Shown: positions 10,301 through 20,614, counted from the stretch's first letter. The stretch is 64,000 nucleotides of DNA from Candidatus Latescibacterota bacterium (GCA_965206595.1 OZ242214.1:5856001-5920000); one strand, 5' to 3'. Program-made: numbers and translations. Notes: a model not told the origin generated them from the sequence alone.

Positions 10301-10547
10301 GGAAGCGCATGCCTGGGCGTGGCGAGAAAAGGCATCGAGGGACTATGGCCCGGGGGAGGCCGTTGATGTCAGGGAGGCGATGGCGCTGGCCTTGGATCGC
10401 GCCATCCGCTTGGTGAAGAAGGCGGACTGGCGGGGAAACCGGTTCAAGGAGCGGGAGGTCCGAAACGTCATCAGGTCGGAAGTCGACGGCGACGAGGCCC
10501 TTACGGAGAAGATATTCGAGCTCGTAAAGGCTCAACGTGACTACTGA
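7392..10547 (+). CDS. hsdR: Type I RM restriction subunit HsdR
   Basis: PDLVLYVNGI...ELK nuclease motif, HTQGSGKS, DECHR, FTGTP, LTGFD, QAICRVNR. Confidence 0.97.
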   Translation: MSTVGQREVLTQQRVIEFFRDSLRYRYFGRWQDRDINRNVEKTHLTRWLKRQGHGDKIIEKALYELDKAAALGGSKTLYEANREVYGLLRYGVKVQPGIGEQFVTVSLIDWANPRNNDFGIAQEVTVFGENNRRPDLVLYVNGIALGVLELKRSTVSVAEGIRQNLDSQKKEFIQPFFATVQFLMAGNDTEGLRYAVIETPEKHWLRWKEAEADPDAGDSPLLRELGQLCKKERLLEIVHDFLVFDAGDKKICRHNQYFGVKAAQERVRRREGGIIWHTQGSGKSLTMVWLAKWIREHVTDPRVLLITDRTELDEQIEGVFRGVSEDIHRTSSGADLVRVLNSPDEWLIGSLIHKFGASEEISEKEIETYVDEIRKSLPRGFHPKGEIFVFVDECHRTQSGKLHEAMKALLPGAMLIGFTGTPLLKEDKKRSIETFGTYIHTYKYDEAVSDGVVLDLRYEARDIDQSIASQDRIDQWFDLKTRGLTDVAKAQLKQRWGTMRRALSSRERLEKIVADILIDMETRDRLESGRGNALLVSDSIYSACRFFERFQEHGLAGKCAIVTSYRPATGDIKGEETGEGLTEKLRQYEAYRKMLAAHFNEPEEKAMRKVETFEKEVKRRFIDEPGQMKLLIVVDKLLTGFDAPSATYLYIDKNMQDHGLFQAICRVNRLDGEDKEYGYIIDYKDLFRSLEKSIEDYTGEAFEGYDKEDVEGLLKDRLKQGRERLEEAREAVKALCEPVEPPRDTAAYLRFFCAAESGNTEQLKENEPKRVALYKLAAAFLRAYANLANEMCEAGYSDAEAREIKAEVDHYEKVRQEVKLASGDYIDLKLYEPAMRHLLDTYIRAEESEKVSAFDDLTLVQLIVERGEKAVDELPEGIRRNPEAVAETIENNVRRLIIDEMEVNPRYYEKMSELLDDLILQRRQEAMDYKAYLKRIIELTRNVRRPEAEPSYPATINTAALRSLFDNLEEAHAWAWREKASRDYGPGEAVDVREAMALALDRAIRLVKKADWRGNRFKEREVRNVIRSEVDGDEALTEKIFELVKAQRDY

Positions 10548-11265
10548 CCGGCGGCACATCGAGGTGCGCGGCATCTCCGTGGAGGTCGTCCGCAAGGACA
10601 TCAAGAATCTCCACGTGGGGGTCTACCCCCCGGCGGGCCGGGTGCGGGTGGCCTTGCCGCTGCGTCTTGACGACGGCACCGTGCGGCTGGCGGTCATCTC
10701 ACGCCTGGGATGGATTCAGCGGAGGCGGGCGGAGTTCGCGCAACAGGACCGTCAGTCCCAGCGGGGGATGGTGAACGGCGAGAGCCATTACTTCAGGGGC
10801 CGGCGCTACCGGCTCGACGTGATCGAGCACGATGGCATGCCGCGCATTCGTCTGGTCAACAACACCAGAATGGAACTGCGTGCACGTCCGGGCGATGACC
10901 GGGACGCCCGGGAGGCCGTGCTTCACCGGTGGTACCGCCGTCAGCTGCGAGGCGAATTGCCGCGGCATCTGGACAAGTGGGAAAGGACGGTCGGGGTAAC
11001 CGTCGACGAGGTGCGGATCAAGAGGATGAAGACCCGCTGGGGCTCCTGCAATGCCGATGCCCGGCGCATCTGGCTGAACCTCGAGCTGGCCAAGAAGCCG
11101 GCATCCTGCCTGGCGTACATCCTCGTGCATGAGATGGTCCACTTGATCGAGCGCCGTCACAACGACCGGTTCCGGGATCTGATGGACCAATTCATGCCTC
11201 AGTGGCATCTGCACAGGGACGAGCTCAATTGCGCCCCGCTCGCTCACGAAGACTGGTTATACTGA
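10537..11265 (+). CDS. YgjP/DUF45-like (M48/SprT-type) metal-dependent hydrolase
   Basis: MKTRWGSC, HEMVH (HExxH), HNDRF; common companion downstream of hsdR. Confidence 0.9.
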   Translation: MTTDRRHIEVRGISVEVVRKDIKNLHVGVYPPAGRVRVALPLRLDDGTVRLAVISRLGWIQRRRAEFAQQDRQSQRGMVNGESHYFRGRRYRLDVIEHDGMPRIRLVNNTRMELRARPGDDRDAREAVLHRWYRRQLRGELPRHLDKWERTVGVTVDEVRIKRMKTRWGSCNADARRIWLNLELAKKPASCLAYILVHEMVHLIERRHNDRFRDLMDQFMPQWHLHRDELNCAPLAHEDWLY

Positions 11266-11387
11266 AAAAGAAGGCTCATCCGGCTTGAGCATTGCGCCCC
11301 GGCAGCCTGTGGTGAGAACCCGGTAGATTTTCTGCTCCCCAGTTCTACCCCTGAACAAACCCACAAATCCCGCAAGAGAGGATCCCA

Positions 11388-12587
11388 ATGGCACTGGAGA
11401 AATTCACCATCTCACGGGACGACGGCGTGTACGAGTGCTTCCCGCACCTGTGCCTGACCCGAAGCGGCCGCATCCTCCTGGTGTACCGGGAGAGCAACGG
11501 CCACGTCGCCAGCGAGTTCTGCCGCCTCGTCCTGCGCCACAGCGACGACGCCGGGCGCACCTGGTCCGAACGCTTCGTGCTCCGCGACGAGGCTTACGAG
11601 AACGGCGTCCTGACCAAGTGGAACTGCCCGAAGATCCAGCAGCTGCGCGACGGCCGCGTCCTGCTTCTGTGCGACGCCATCGACTTCCCCCCAGGGGAGT
11701 GGAACGCCACCGTCGGCAACGCCCGCATCGTGCTCTGGTTCAGCGACGACGACGGGGCTACCTGGTCGGAGGGGTTCGCAACCAGCGTCAACGGCATCTG
11801 CCCGGACGTCGTCACCGAGCTGGCGGACGGCACCTGGCTGCTGGCGGCCAACACCTACGCCGACGGCATGAAGCGCGTCGTTCAGAACGTCTCGGCGAGC
11901 GCGGACCTGGGGCGGACCTGGGGGCCTCCGCTGGATATCTGCCCCGACCCGGACTACCGCCTCGCCGAGGCCAGCGTCGTTGCCTGCCCGGACGGCGAGC
12001 TGGTCGTCTACCTGAGAGAGGAGTCGGGTAAGGGCCGGCCGCTGCAGAAGATGATTTCGCGGGACCGCGGCCGTTCCTGGGAAGGCCCGTTCGACACCCT
12101 CAACCCGGCCGCCCACGGCATGCCGGTCGCGGGTGTTACCCAAGACCAGTTGGTGCTGACCCTGGGCCGCTTCAGCCTGCGCTCGAGCTGGCGCGTCGAC
12201 ATGAGCGCGGAGACCGTGCGCCGGCGCCTGGAGACACGCACCATCGTCGTTCCCAACGTGACGGAGAACGCCGCTTTCCGGAGCCGCCTGAAACCGGGCC
12301 CGGGCACCCGCATCGACGAGCACGAGATCGTCATTGCAGGGGGCGGAACGCCCCCTCACACCTTCGCCTTCCTCGAGCCCCTGGCCAGCGCCCTCGAAGC
12401 GGATCTCGACAGGCAGGACGGCCTGCTGCTCCCCCTGGACCACGACCGCAACAACATCAGCTGCGACAGCGGCTATACGGGCTGGGTCGAGTACGAGCGC
12501 GGCCGCTTTCTCGCCGCCAACTACATCAACGACGACGCCCCCAGGGCCCAGATCAGGGGCTACCGCTTCGGAGTCGAGGATTTTTGA
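11388..12587 (+). CDS. Sialidase-like BNR/Asp-box beta-propeller protein
   Basis: Asp boxes SDDAGRTW, SDDDGATW, SADLGRTW, SRDRGRSW; DSGYTGW near the C-terminus. Confidence 0.85.
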   Translation: MALEKFTISRDDGVYECFPHLCLTRSGRILLVYRESNGHVASEFCRLVLRHSDDAGRTWSERFVLRDEAYENGVLTKWNCPKIQQLRDGRVLLLCDAIDFPPGEWNATVGNARIVLWFSDDDGATWSEGFATSVNGICPDVVTELADGTWLLAANTYADGMKRVVQNVSASADLGRTWGPPLDICPDPDYRLAEASVVACPDGELVVYLREESGKGRPLQKMISRDRGRSWEGPFDTLNPAAHGMPVAGVTQDQLVLTLGRFSLRSSWRVDMSAETVRRRLETRTIVVPNVTENAAFRSRLKPGPGTRIDEHEIVIAGGGTPPHTFAFLEPLASALEADLDRQDGLLLPLDHDRNNISCDSGYTGWVEYERGRFLAANYINDDAPRAQIRGYRFGVEDF

Positions 12588-15196
12588 TGCCATCCCGCGG
12601 AAGGGCGACCGGGAAACAGCGTAAAAAGAAACCCCGGCAGCGCCCGGATTCGGGCAAAGAGCGGCAGGAGGCGGCACCTTCCCGCCCGACAGGGAACCTG
12701 AAGCTCTACGCGACGGCCGCTGCACTGGGGCTGCTGGCTCTGCTGTTGTTCGTCCACCAGTACACGACCATGGCGCGGTTCGGTATCCTTCCGCCGGGTC
12801 GGCGCTACGTAACTGTTTCGTGGTTCCTGTCGCAGGTTTTCGAGCACATCGAATTCAGCTTCCTGGACTATGCGCTGCTCGCCGCCATAGCGGGCCTCTT
12901 CCTGGCGCTGGTGATCGCGGAATTCCGGGGCGGCTGCCTGAGCGGCCTGCTGCGCGGGGTATTCAAGAGCGAAGGCAGGACCATCGCCCTGCTCGCCGCC
13001 GCCGGTTTCGTAGCCGTCAGGTATTACCTCGGCTCAGGTGAATTCCCTTGGGGCGGGGATCAACCGCAGCACATCTGCTTCGCGCAGATGGCCTCGCGCT
13101 CGATATCCGAGGGAGAGCTGCCGATCTGGACCAACTACCTCGGCGCGGGCACGCCCTACCTCCAGTTCTACGGCTTCCTGTTCTTCTACCTGACAGGGCT
13201 GATAGACCAGCTCCGGAGCGACGTGTTCACGTCGCTGAAAGTCGCGATGGGGGTGCTGCACGCCGCCTCGGGGGTGGCGATGTACCTGCTGGCGCGAACC
13301 GTGACGCGCTCGCGGAAAGCCGGCTTCATCGCCGGCCTGGCCTACGTGATGAGCTTCTGGCATACCCAGCAGATCATCATCATGGGCCGTTTCCCGCTGT
13401 CGCTCTTCTACGCCCTGCTGCCCCTGCCCTTCTACTTCTTCGAGCGCCTGTCGAGTCCCTGTCTCGCGGGGCATCGGGCGAGACTGGCGAGCAGTATGGC
13501 CGGTGGGATCTGCCTGGGAGCCCTGGCCCTTACCCACCCCGGCTACGCCTTCTGGGCCACCGTTCTGCTTGGGGTGTACGCGGGGTTGCGCCTATCGATA
13601 TTGCTCCGCGAGGACCGCAGCCGGAGCGACCTGGTCTGGTGGTCGGGGCTCCTGTTCGCGGGCGGCCTGGTCTTCGGGGGGTACCTGACCCTGCCGATGT
13701 CGCTCGAGCGCGACTATACGGGGCTCTATCGCGGCATGATGAATTTCGCCTCGGTGCCGATCCCGACGTGGCAGCACGTGCTGGCCTGGTCGAACTACCG
13801 CTTCTGGGCGATTCCGCCTCCCGACCTCAAGGTCAATTGGTACGGCGGATACCTCGGGCTGTCGCTGGTGGTTCTCGTTGCCGGCGGAACCGCCGCGGCC
13901 CTTTGCAGCCGTTCCCGGGAGCTGATCCTCCGGTCTCTCCCGGCGCTGTGCTGTCTGGGGTTGACGGCCCTCCTCGTCTTCGGGTACCTGTTGCCCCCGC
14001 TCCAGGCTCTTCCGGTGGTGCAGATGCTGGCCGCGGGCCGCTACTTGTTGTTCACCGTCTTCTTTCTGGCCCTTGCCGTCGGCCCGGCGTCGCAGGCGCT
14101 GAGGATCCTTCTGCGGGGCCGGCGCTGGCGAGTCCCGGTGCCGACCCTGATTCTGCTGGCCGTCGTCGTTGACCTGGGGCCGGCGACGTTTCAGCAGATG
14201 TACTTTTCTGGCGATTCGCCAGCCAACATGTTCCCGCAACTTCGGACGCAGGCCGACTCCCTGGATGCGCAAGGGCAGCTGCCTGATCACCGGGTCCTCT
14301 GGAGCGGCTCCAAGCACAGCAAGTACTGGCTGCAAGGGAAGCTGTATTTCGAATCGCGGACCCCGAGCCCGCGTTCGTTCCATCCCGGGAGAGCGAGGGC
14401 GGTCGTCGACTTCGTGGAACCGGTCGACCGCTACCTGTCGAAGCTGGTCGAGATGGGCTTTTTCGAGGTTGACACCAAAGGCAATGCCGATCTCCAGGGA
14501 CGAATCCCCGAAACCATTTTCGGCCGCAATCAAGAGGAAATCGTCCTGGCCGGCCTGAGCATGATGGATGTCAGGTATCTCATCCTGTCACACCTCGATG
14601 GACAGACGAGAATCAGCGACATGAGTGGGTTCGGGTCCCATGGCCCGGTTCTCGTGTCTCCGAGGATCGAGCCGTTTCCCGCCGAACAGGTCGACCAGAT
14701 CATCGCCAGCGGCGAACCGTTCGAAACCATGGACTCCAAGGGAATCGACGCCGGTTTCACCAGGATGCTCATGGATTCGTACCAGGCCCTGTTCCTTGTT
14801 GTGAATACGGTAGTCGATCTGAACACCAGGGTGTGCGAGCGGATCTTCGTGGTCGACGCCGAGGGCCGGGAGCTGGGCACGAACCCGGAGGTCGAGGTCC
14901 TCGAGCACACCGTGCGCATGCAGCGGGTCGACCTGAGGCTGCGGGTCAGCGAGACCTGCTTCGCGCGCCTCGCGTACTCCTACTTCCCGCATCTGCGCGT
15001 CGCCGTCGACGGCCGTGAAGTCAGCCCGCTGCGCACCGCGGGCGGGTTCATGGCGGTGCATCTCGAGGCCGGGGAGCACGACCTGACCCTGGAGGCGGAG
15101 CTGTCGCCGCTGCGGCGCGGCCTGCTCGCCTTCAACCTCCTCTACCTTGCGGCAACGGCGTTCCTGTTCGTCGACAACAGGCGGAGGAAGCAGTGA
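12587..15196 (+). CDS. Large polytopic membrane protein, YfhO/PTPS-related GT-C glycosyltransferase-like
   Basis: Many hydrophobic helices; GD..H, W...G.G.PYLQFYG and C-terminal YFP...V.VDG...G.H patterns. Confidence 0.7.
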   Translation: MPSRGRATGKQRKKKPRQRPDSGKERQEAAPSRPTGNLKLYATAAALGLLALLLFVHQYTTMARFGILPPGRRYVTVSWFLSQVFEHIEFSFLDYALLAAIAGLFLALVIAEFRGGCLSGLLRGVFKSEGRTIALLAAAGFVAVRYYLGSGEFPWGGDQPQHICFAQMASRSISEGELPIWTNYLGAGTPYLQFYGFLFFYLTGLIDQLRSDVFTSLKVAMGVLHAASGVAMYLLARTVTRSRKAGFIAGLAYVMSFWHTQQIIIMGRFPLSLFYALLPLPFYFFERLSSPCLAGHRARLASSMAGGICLGALALTHPGYAFWATVLLGVYAGLRLSILLREDRSRSDLVWWSGLLFAGGLVFGGYLTLPMSLERDYTGLYRGMMNFASVPIPTWQHVLAWSNYRFWAIPPPDLKVNWYGGYLGLSLVVLVAGGTAAALCSRSRELILRSLPALCCLGLTALLVFGYLLPPLQALPVVQMLAAGRYLLFTVFFLALAVGPASQALRILLRGRRWRVPVPTLILLAVVVDLGPATFQQMYFSGDSPANMFPQLRTQADSLDAQGQLPDHRVLWSGSKHSKYWLQGKLYFESRTPSPRSFHPGRARAVVDFVEPVDRYLSKLVEMGFFEVDTKGNADLQGRIPETIFGRNQEEIVLAGLSMMDVRYLILSHLDGQTRISDMSGFGSHGPVLVSPRIEPFPAEQVDQIIASGEPFETMDSKGIDAGFTRMLMDSYQALFLVVNTVVDLNTRVCERIFVVDAEGRELGTNPEVEVLEHTVRMQRVDLRLRVSETCFARLAYSYFPHLRVAVDGREVSPLRTAGGFMAVHLEAGEHDLTLEAELSPLRRGLLAFNLLYLAATAFLFVDNRRRKQ

Positions 15197-15278
15197 CCCC
15201 GGTAGAGGGGCCCCCGGGCCCGGGACTGCGGAGGAGCATCGAGTATCACCGCCGCGGCGGCTTCTCAAGCGCGCCGCC

Positions 15279-17246
15279 CTACCAGTCGTGTACCCGGTGG
15301 CCCTCCACCGGAAACCAGATTACGTCGACCACCCCGGAAAGCACCACCGCCACCACGTAGCCGATCCCCATGCCGTAGAAGAACGGCTTGCCGGCGCGGT
15401 AGGCGCGCACGCCGCCGTAGCGGAGCAGGAGGAGCTTGGCGACCCAGACGAGGAAGAGGCTGAACCAGTAGATGCCGGTCCCCGCGGTGTGCTGGAACGC
15501 CAGGCCCATCGGGTGCAGCGGGAACCAGTAGAAGCGGCCGCGCAGGAAGGCGAGCGCCCAGGCCTCGAAGAAGCCGGTGAGCCAGATCCCCCACTTGCCG
15601 GGATCGAACACGCGCGGGTTCTGGACGAGGTGGGATGTCTGGTCGTAGATCATCCTGAAGGCCCCCATCAGGTGGGTCGTGCCGCCGTGCTCATAGGCGG
15701 TCTCGAGGCTGGCCCAGACCGCGACCAGGAAGCCGGTGGGAAAGGCGACCAGCACCGCGGCGATCACGAAGCCCGGCTGCTCGCGCAGCGAGAAGATGCG
15801 GAAGTGGTGGGGCAGCGCCGGCCACGCCGGCAGCCGGATGTTTCCGAAGAAGGCGTTGCCGGTGAACATCTTGAAGGCCACCACCTGCTGCGAGGAAAGC
15901 CGCGACGACCCGATCAGGTCGGTGATCAGCGCCTCCCCCTTGGCGTGCGCCCAGTTCGGCATCAGGTAGGGGAACCCGGTGGCCGCTATCAGCTTGACGA
16001 TCACGAAGAAGGAGGTCGCCATGGCGGCGAAGGCGATCACCGCCACCGGCAGGCTGGCGCCGAGGTGGATCCCCCAGGCGACGACGGCCGCTCCCGAAAG
16101 CACCAGCCCGGCAACGGCCAGGCGGTAGCGCCGCACGTCCGCCCGGTCCCCTTCGCCAAAGCGCACCTGGCGCCACACCTCCTTCAGGTGGCGGCGCGCC
16201 AGCCAGACCGACCAGGCGGCGACGAAGACCATGGCGCCGTAGCTCTCCATCGACAGGATCTCCGCCCCCCGCATCTGCTGGCCCGACTCCCCGACCTCGA
16301 AGCCGACGGCGTCGAGGCCCCCGAGCTTGACGACCGACAGCAGGTAGAACAGCACCAGGCTGCCGAGAATGTCGAGGGGGCACAGGTAGGTCACCGCGAG
16401 AACGAACGGCAGGACGCGGAAAGTCAGTCCCGGGAACGGCTGCGGCAGGGTGATCCCCATCTGCCGCGTGTAGAGGATGAACTCCGGCAGGCCGAGGAAG
16501 AAGAAGGTGGCGACGTTGTAGAGCAGCGGCAGGAAGACGACGCCGAACCCGCCCCAGAAGAGCCGGGAGCGGAACAGGTCCGGCATGCGGCCGGCGCCGT
16601 CGAATCCCCGGGTCATGTCGAGCGGCATCTGCGCCAGCGGAAAGCTCAGCTTCTCCGCCTCGACCCACTGGCGCTGGAAGAGGATCACCAGGCAGATGCC
16701 GAACAGGAGCATGGCCGCCGACGCGGCCAGCCACTGCAGGGTCACCCAGATCCACCCGTCCCAGGGTAGCGGGGCTCCCTGGGGCAGCCCCATCCAGAAG
16801 TTGCCGATCACGCGCGGGGTCGCCTCCGGCAGGGCGTGCCAGGGCAGGTAGGGCAGCAGCAGGTCGCCCCACTGGTTCTCGGGGGTGGCCATGTACCCGG
16901 GGGCGGCGACGATGGCGATCCAGTAGTCGCTCCAGCCCCACTGCGGCAGCGCCCCGACGATCCAGAGCATGCTGAAGACGGTCAGCAGCTCCCCCCGGGT
17001 AAGGGCGAGGCGCGGCGACAGGCGCTTGAGGAGGACGTTGACGAACAGCCACATCACGAACGGCATCAGCGCCACCATCGGGAACTGCGAGCGCACGTAG
17101 CTGCCCGATCCGGAGGTGTGCCCCACCATCAGGATGAGATAGGTGAACTGGCCGGCGATGGTCAGGGCGCCGACGAGGATGCCGCGCAGGGTGATGCGCA
17201 GGCTTGCGCCCTCGTCCGCGGCTCGCGGCCGGGTCTTTTCAGTCAC
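15279..17246 (-). CDS. Polytopic membrane protein (DUF6785/DUF6784-like, putative transporter)
   Basis: QWVEAEKLSFPL, WFPLHPMG, RYGG...Y...KPFF.G patterns; many TM segments. Start uncertain. Confidence 0.75.
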   Translation of the reverse strand: MTEKTRPRAADEGASLRITLRGILVGALTIAGQFTYLILMVGHTSGSGSYVRSQFPMVALMPFVMWLFVNVLLKRLSPRLALTRGELLTVFSMLWIVGALPQWGWSDYWIAIVAAPGYMATPENQWGDLLLPYLPWHALPEATPRVIGNFWMGLPQGAPLPWDGWIWVTLQWLAASAAMLLFGICLVILFQRQWVEAEKLSFPLAQMPLDMTRGFDGAGRMPDLFRSRLFWGGFGVVFLPLLYNVATFFFLGLPEFILYTRQMGITLPQPFPGLTFRVLPFVLAVTYLCPLDILGSLVLFYLLSVVKLGGLDAVGFEVGESGQQMRGAEILSMESYGAMVFVAAWSVWLARRHLKEVWRQVRFGEGDRADVRRYRLAVAGLVLSGAAVVAWGIHLGASLPVAVIAFAAMATSFFVIVKLIAATGFPYLMPNWAHAKGEALITDLIGSSRLSSQQVVAFKMFTGNAFFGNIRLPAWPALPHHFRIFSLREQPGFVIAAVLVAFPTGFLVAVWASLETAYEHGGTTHLMGAFRMIYDQTSHLVQNPRVFDPGKWGIWLTGFFEAWALAFLRGRFYWFPLHPMGLAFQHTAGTGIYWFSLFLVWVAKLLLLRYGGVRAYRAGKPFFYGMGIGYVVAVVLSGVVDVIWFPVEGHRVHDW

Positions 17247-17374
17247 GGGACGGGTGCAATCGAGGGTCTGGTTGCATAGATTGGCGGGCCGCCAGGGGGC
17301 CGGGGGCAAGCGGGAGCGAGGGGTTTCGTTTCAGTCCCGGCGGTCCCGACAGCAGATACATGACCGGAGGATAC

Positions 17375-18484
17375 ATGCCGAAGAATACCGTTCTCGAACC
17401 GGGGGTTCCCGCGCAGGCCGGCCTCTCGGCCGAGCGCCTGGAACGGGCCGCCGGCCTGCTGCAGTCCGCCCTGGAGGAGAAGGCGGTTACGGCCGCGACG
17501 ATCGCGGTCGCAAGGAGGGGAAAACTGGTCCTTTCCCGGGGGTTCGGCCACCTGCAGCCGCGCGACGGCTCCCCGGAGGTGCAGCCGGATTCGATTTTCC
17601 TGCTCGCCTCGATCAGCAAGCCGGTGGCCGCCTGCAGCGTCATGCAGCTCGTCGACCGCGGCCTCGTCTCCCTCGACGACCCCGTCAACCTCCACATCCC
17701 CGAGTTCATCGGCTGGGAGCGCGCCAAGATCCGCGTCTCCCACCTGCTGTCCCACGTCTCGGGAATGCCGGACATGCTCCCGGAGAATGTCCCTCTGCGG
17801 CGGGCGCACGCGCCGCTCAGCGCCTTTGTCGAGGGGGCGATACGGACGCGGTTGCTCTACGAGCCCGGGACCTCGTTCCGCTACCAGAGCAAGGGCATCC
17901 TGCTGGCCGCCGAGATCGTCGAGCGCGTCACCGGCGAACGCCTGCGCGACTTCCAGGAGCGCGAGCTGTTCGCGCTCCTGGGGATGAAAGGAAGCGCTCT
18001 CGGCCTCGGCGACTTCGCCATTCCCGACACCGTCTGGTGCGGCACCAACATGGAGGAGGGCGACGAGGCGAGGAGCTGGGGGCAGAACAGCCCCTACTGG
18101 CGCGACCAGGGCCATCCCTGGGGGGGAATGCACAGCTCGGCACCCGACCTCGCGGCGCTGCTGCAGACCGTCCTCAACGGCGGCTCCTACGGCGACGCCG
18201 AGGTCTTCAGTCCGGCCGCCTGCGCGGCGATGACGGCGAACAGGAACGGCCATCTCGACGCCCCCTGGGGCCTCGGCTGGGCGCTGCGCGACTCCAAGGT
18301 CTGGAGCTTCTTCGGCGAGCTGGTGTCGGAGGGCACCTTCGGGCACGTCGGCGCCACCGGGACCGTGGCCTGGGCCGACCCCGAACGCGACCTGGTCTGC
18401 GTCGTGCTCACCAACCAGATGGTCGCCGCCGGCAGCCTGCTGAGGCGGGTGTCGAACGCCGTCGCCGCGGCGGTGGCCGACTGA
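17375..18484 (+). CDS. Serine hydrolase, beta-lactamase family
   Basis: SISK (SxxK), LLSHVSG, FRYQS, FGHVGATG; GGAGG RBS before ATG 17375. Confidence 0.9.
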   Translation: MPKNTVLEPGVPAQAGLSAERLERAAGLLQSALEEKAVTAATIAVARRGKLVLSRGFGHLQPRDGSPEVQPDSIFLLASISKPVAACSVMQLVDRGLVSLDDPVNLHIPEFIGWERAKIRVSHLLSHVSGMPDMLPENVPLRRAHAPLSAFVEGAIRTRLLYEPGTSFRYQSKGILLAAEIVERVTGERLRDFQERELFALLGMKGSALGLGDFAIPDTVWCGTNMEEGDEARSWGQNSPYWRDQGHPWGGMHSSAPDLAALLQTVLNGGSYGDAEVFSPAACAAMTANRNGHLDAPWGLGWALRDSKVWSFFGELVSEGTFGHVGATGTVAWADPERDLVCVVLTNQMVAAGSLLRRVSNAVAAAVAD

Positions 18485-19440
18485 TGCCCGCGGCCATTCC
18501 CGAGTGCACCCTCGGGTCGACCGGAATAACCGCCACCGCCCTGGGAATCGGCGGTTACATCGGCGGCCTGGAGCATCCCGGCGCCACCGCGGCCGAGCGC
18601 CGGGACGCCGGCGTCGCCGCGGTCCAGCGCGCCGCCGAACTCGGCATCCGCTACTTCGACACCTCCCCGGCGTACGGGGCCGAAGGCGAGGCCCAGGAGC
18701 TGCTCGGCCTCGGGCTGCGCAGCCTGACCGAAGAGCAGCGGGCGGGGATCACCCTGTCGACGAAGGCCGGCACCCATCCCGAGCGCCACCACCGGTACGA
18801 CCGCGACTCCATCCTGTGGTCGGTCGACGAGAGCTTGCGGCTGCTGTTCAGCGACCACATCGACGTCCTGCTGGTGCACGACCCGGCCGGAGACGGGCAC
18901 ATGGACCGGGCGCTCGCACCCGGGGGCGCGGTCGAGGCCCTCGAGGAGCTCAAGGAGCAGGGCGCCATCGGCGCCATCGGGCTGGGGGTGCAGAGCCATG
19001 CCCTGCAGAGGCGCGCCATCGACAGCGGCCGCTTCGACGTCATCCTGCCTTCGTACGACTACCACCTGACGCGAACCAGCGCCGCTCCCCTCCTGCGGGA
19101 CGCGGCCTCCAGGGGGATCGGCGTTATCAATGCCTCTCCCTACAACTCCGGCATTCTCGCCGGGCTGGACCCGTCCGAGTCGGCGAAGCGCCGCGGTGCC
19201 TCCCCCGTCGATCTAGAGGCGGCGACCAGGGTGTGGGACTGGTGCCGCGAGCGCGAGGTCGACATCGGGGTCTTGGCCGTGCAGTTCAGCTTCCGCTGCC
19301 CCGACGTCGACGCTACCCTCGTCGGCCCGCGCACCGCCTCCGAGGTGGAGGAGAACGTGCGCCACGCGACCACGGAGATTCCCGCGGAGACCTGGGAGGA
19401 GTTCGGGCGCTTCCAGTCGACCCTGCCCGGCATGCATTAG
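18484..19440 (+). CDS. Aldo/keto reductase
   Basis: YFDTSPAYG, LSTKAG, LLVHDP; TGATG overlap with the upstream gene. Confidence 0.9.
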   Translation: MPAAIPECTLGSTGITATALGIGGYIGGLEHPGATAAERRDAGVAAVQRAAELGIRYFDTSPAYGAEGEAQELLGLGLRSLTEEQRAGITLSTKAGTHPERHHRYDRDSILWSVDESLRLLFSDHIDVLLVHDPAGDGHMDRALAPGGAVEALEELKEQGAIGAIGLGVQSHALQRRAIDSGRFDVILPSYDYHLTRTSAAPLLRDAASRGIGVINASPYNSGILAGLDPSESAKRRGASPVDLEAATRVWDWCREREVDIGVLAVQFSFRCPDVDATLVGPRTASEVEENVRHATTEIPAETWEEFGRFQSTLPGMH

Positions 19441-19519
19441 TGGCCGCCCCTGAGGAGATTCCGCGCTGACCTGGCTGCCCGGCCAGGTCCCCGACTCGCC
19501 GGATTCAGGAAAGCGGACG

Positions 19520-20614
19520 ATGAGAATCACCGGCCTCGACATCCACGAAGTCGCCGTTGACGAGCGCCAAAGCTGGGTCTTCGTGCAGGTGCACGCCGGC
19601 AACGGCTTCAGCGGCCTCGGGGAGATGAACCCGTCGGCGCCGCGGCGGGCATGCCTCGACGCGGTCCTGGAGATCGGGGAAGCCCTGCAAGGCCGCGACC
19701 CGCGGCAGATCGCCGAAATCTCAGCCAGCCTCGAACCGGAGAAACTCGACCGCGCCGGGGTGCACGCCTTCAGCGCCGTCGGGCAGGCCCTGTGGGACAT
19801 CCTCGGCAAAAGCCTGGGGAAACCGGTTCACGCCCTCTTCGGGGAGCGCCTTCACCGGGAGATACCCGTGTACGCCAACATCACCCGGGGCACCCGCGAG
19901 CTGACCCCGCAGGCGTTCGCGCGCAGCGCCGCCGGGGCCGGGGCCGACGGCTTCGCAGCGATGAAGCTGGCTCCGTTCGGAGGGGAGCTGATGAAGCGCG
20001 ACCGGGCGGCCGCCATCGCCAACGGCATCGAGTGCGTCCGCGCCGTGCGCGAAGCCATCGGCCCGGGGGCGGACCTGATGCTCGACTGCTACGGCATCTT
20101 CAGCGCCGGCGAAGCCCTGGAGATCGCCCGCGGCGTCGCCGACCTCGGCCTCTTCTGGCTCGAGGAGCCGGTGGCCGAGGACGACGTCGAGGGGTACCGC
20201 CGGGTCAGGGGGGAGACCGGCCTGCGGCTCGCCGGGGGGGAGCGCTTCATGTTTTGCCGGGGATTCCGCCCGGCCCTGGAGGCGGCGCAGTTCGACGTGG
20301 CGATGCCGGACGCGACCATAGTCGGCGGCGCCGGCGAGTTGTGGGAGGTGGCCGGCATGGCCGCGGCTCGGGGGATCGCCACCGCACCGCACGGACCGTT
20401 CGGGCCGGTGCTCGCTGCGGTGCAGGCCCAGGTGATGGCGGCGCAGCCCTCGTTCCTGATCCTCGAGCACGCCTGGGGCCAGGTGCCGTGGCGCGAAGAC
20501 CTGGTGCAGCCGCGCGAAACGGTGCGGGGCGGCCGGCTGCGGCTGCCCGGGGGACCGGGGTACGGCATCGAGCTGAACCTCGAGGAGGTGGCGGCGCGTG
20601 CTCTGCGTCGCTAG
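19520..20614 (+). CDS. Mandelate racemase/enolase-superfamily enzyme (galactonate dehydratase-like)
   Basis: ALWDILGK, KLAP, WLEEP, GGE, PGYGIE. Confidence 0.88.
   Translation: MRITGLDIHEVAVDERQSWVFVQVHAGNGFSGLGEMNPSAPRRACLDAVLEIGEALQGRDPRQIAEISASLEPEKLDRAGVHAFSAVGQALWDILGKSLGKPVHALFGERLHREIPVYANITRGTRELTPQAFARSAAGAGADGFAAMKLAPFGGELMKRDRAAAIANGIECVRAVREAIGPGADLMLDCYGIFSAGEALEIARGVADLGLFWLEEPVAEDDVEGYRRVRGETGLRLAGGERFMFCRGFRPALEAAQFDVAMPDATIVGGAGELWEVAGMAAARGIATAPHGPFGPVLAAVQAQVMAAQPSFLILEHAWGQVPWREDLVQPRETVRGGRLRLPGGPGYGIELNLEEVAARALRR

Noticed and set aside
17143-18483. Apparent 765-aa fusion ORF 17143..19440
   Set aside because: The upstream part is an off-frame overlap of the serine hydrolase; the reductase starts at 18484.
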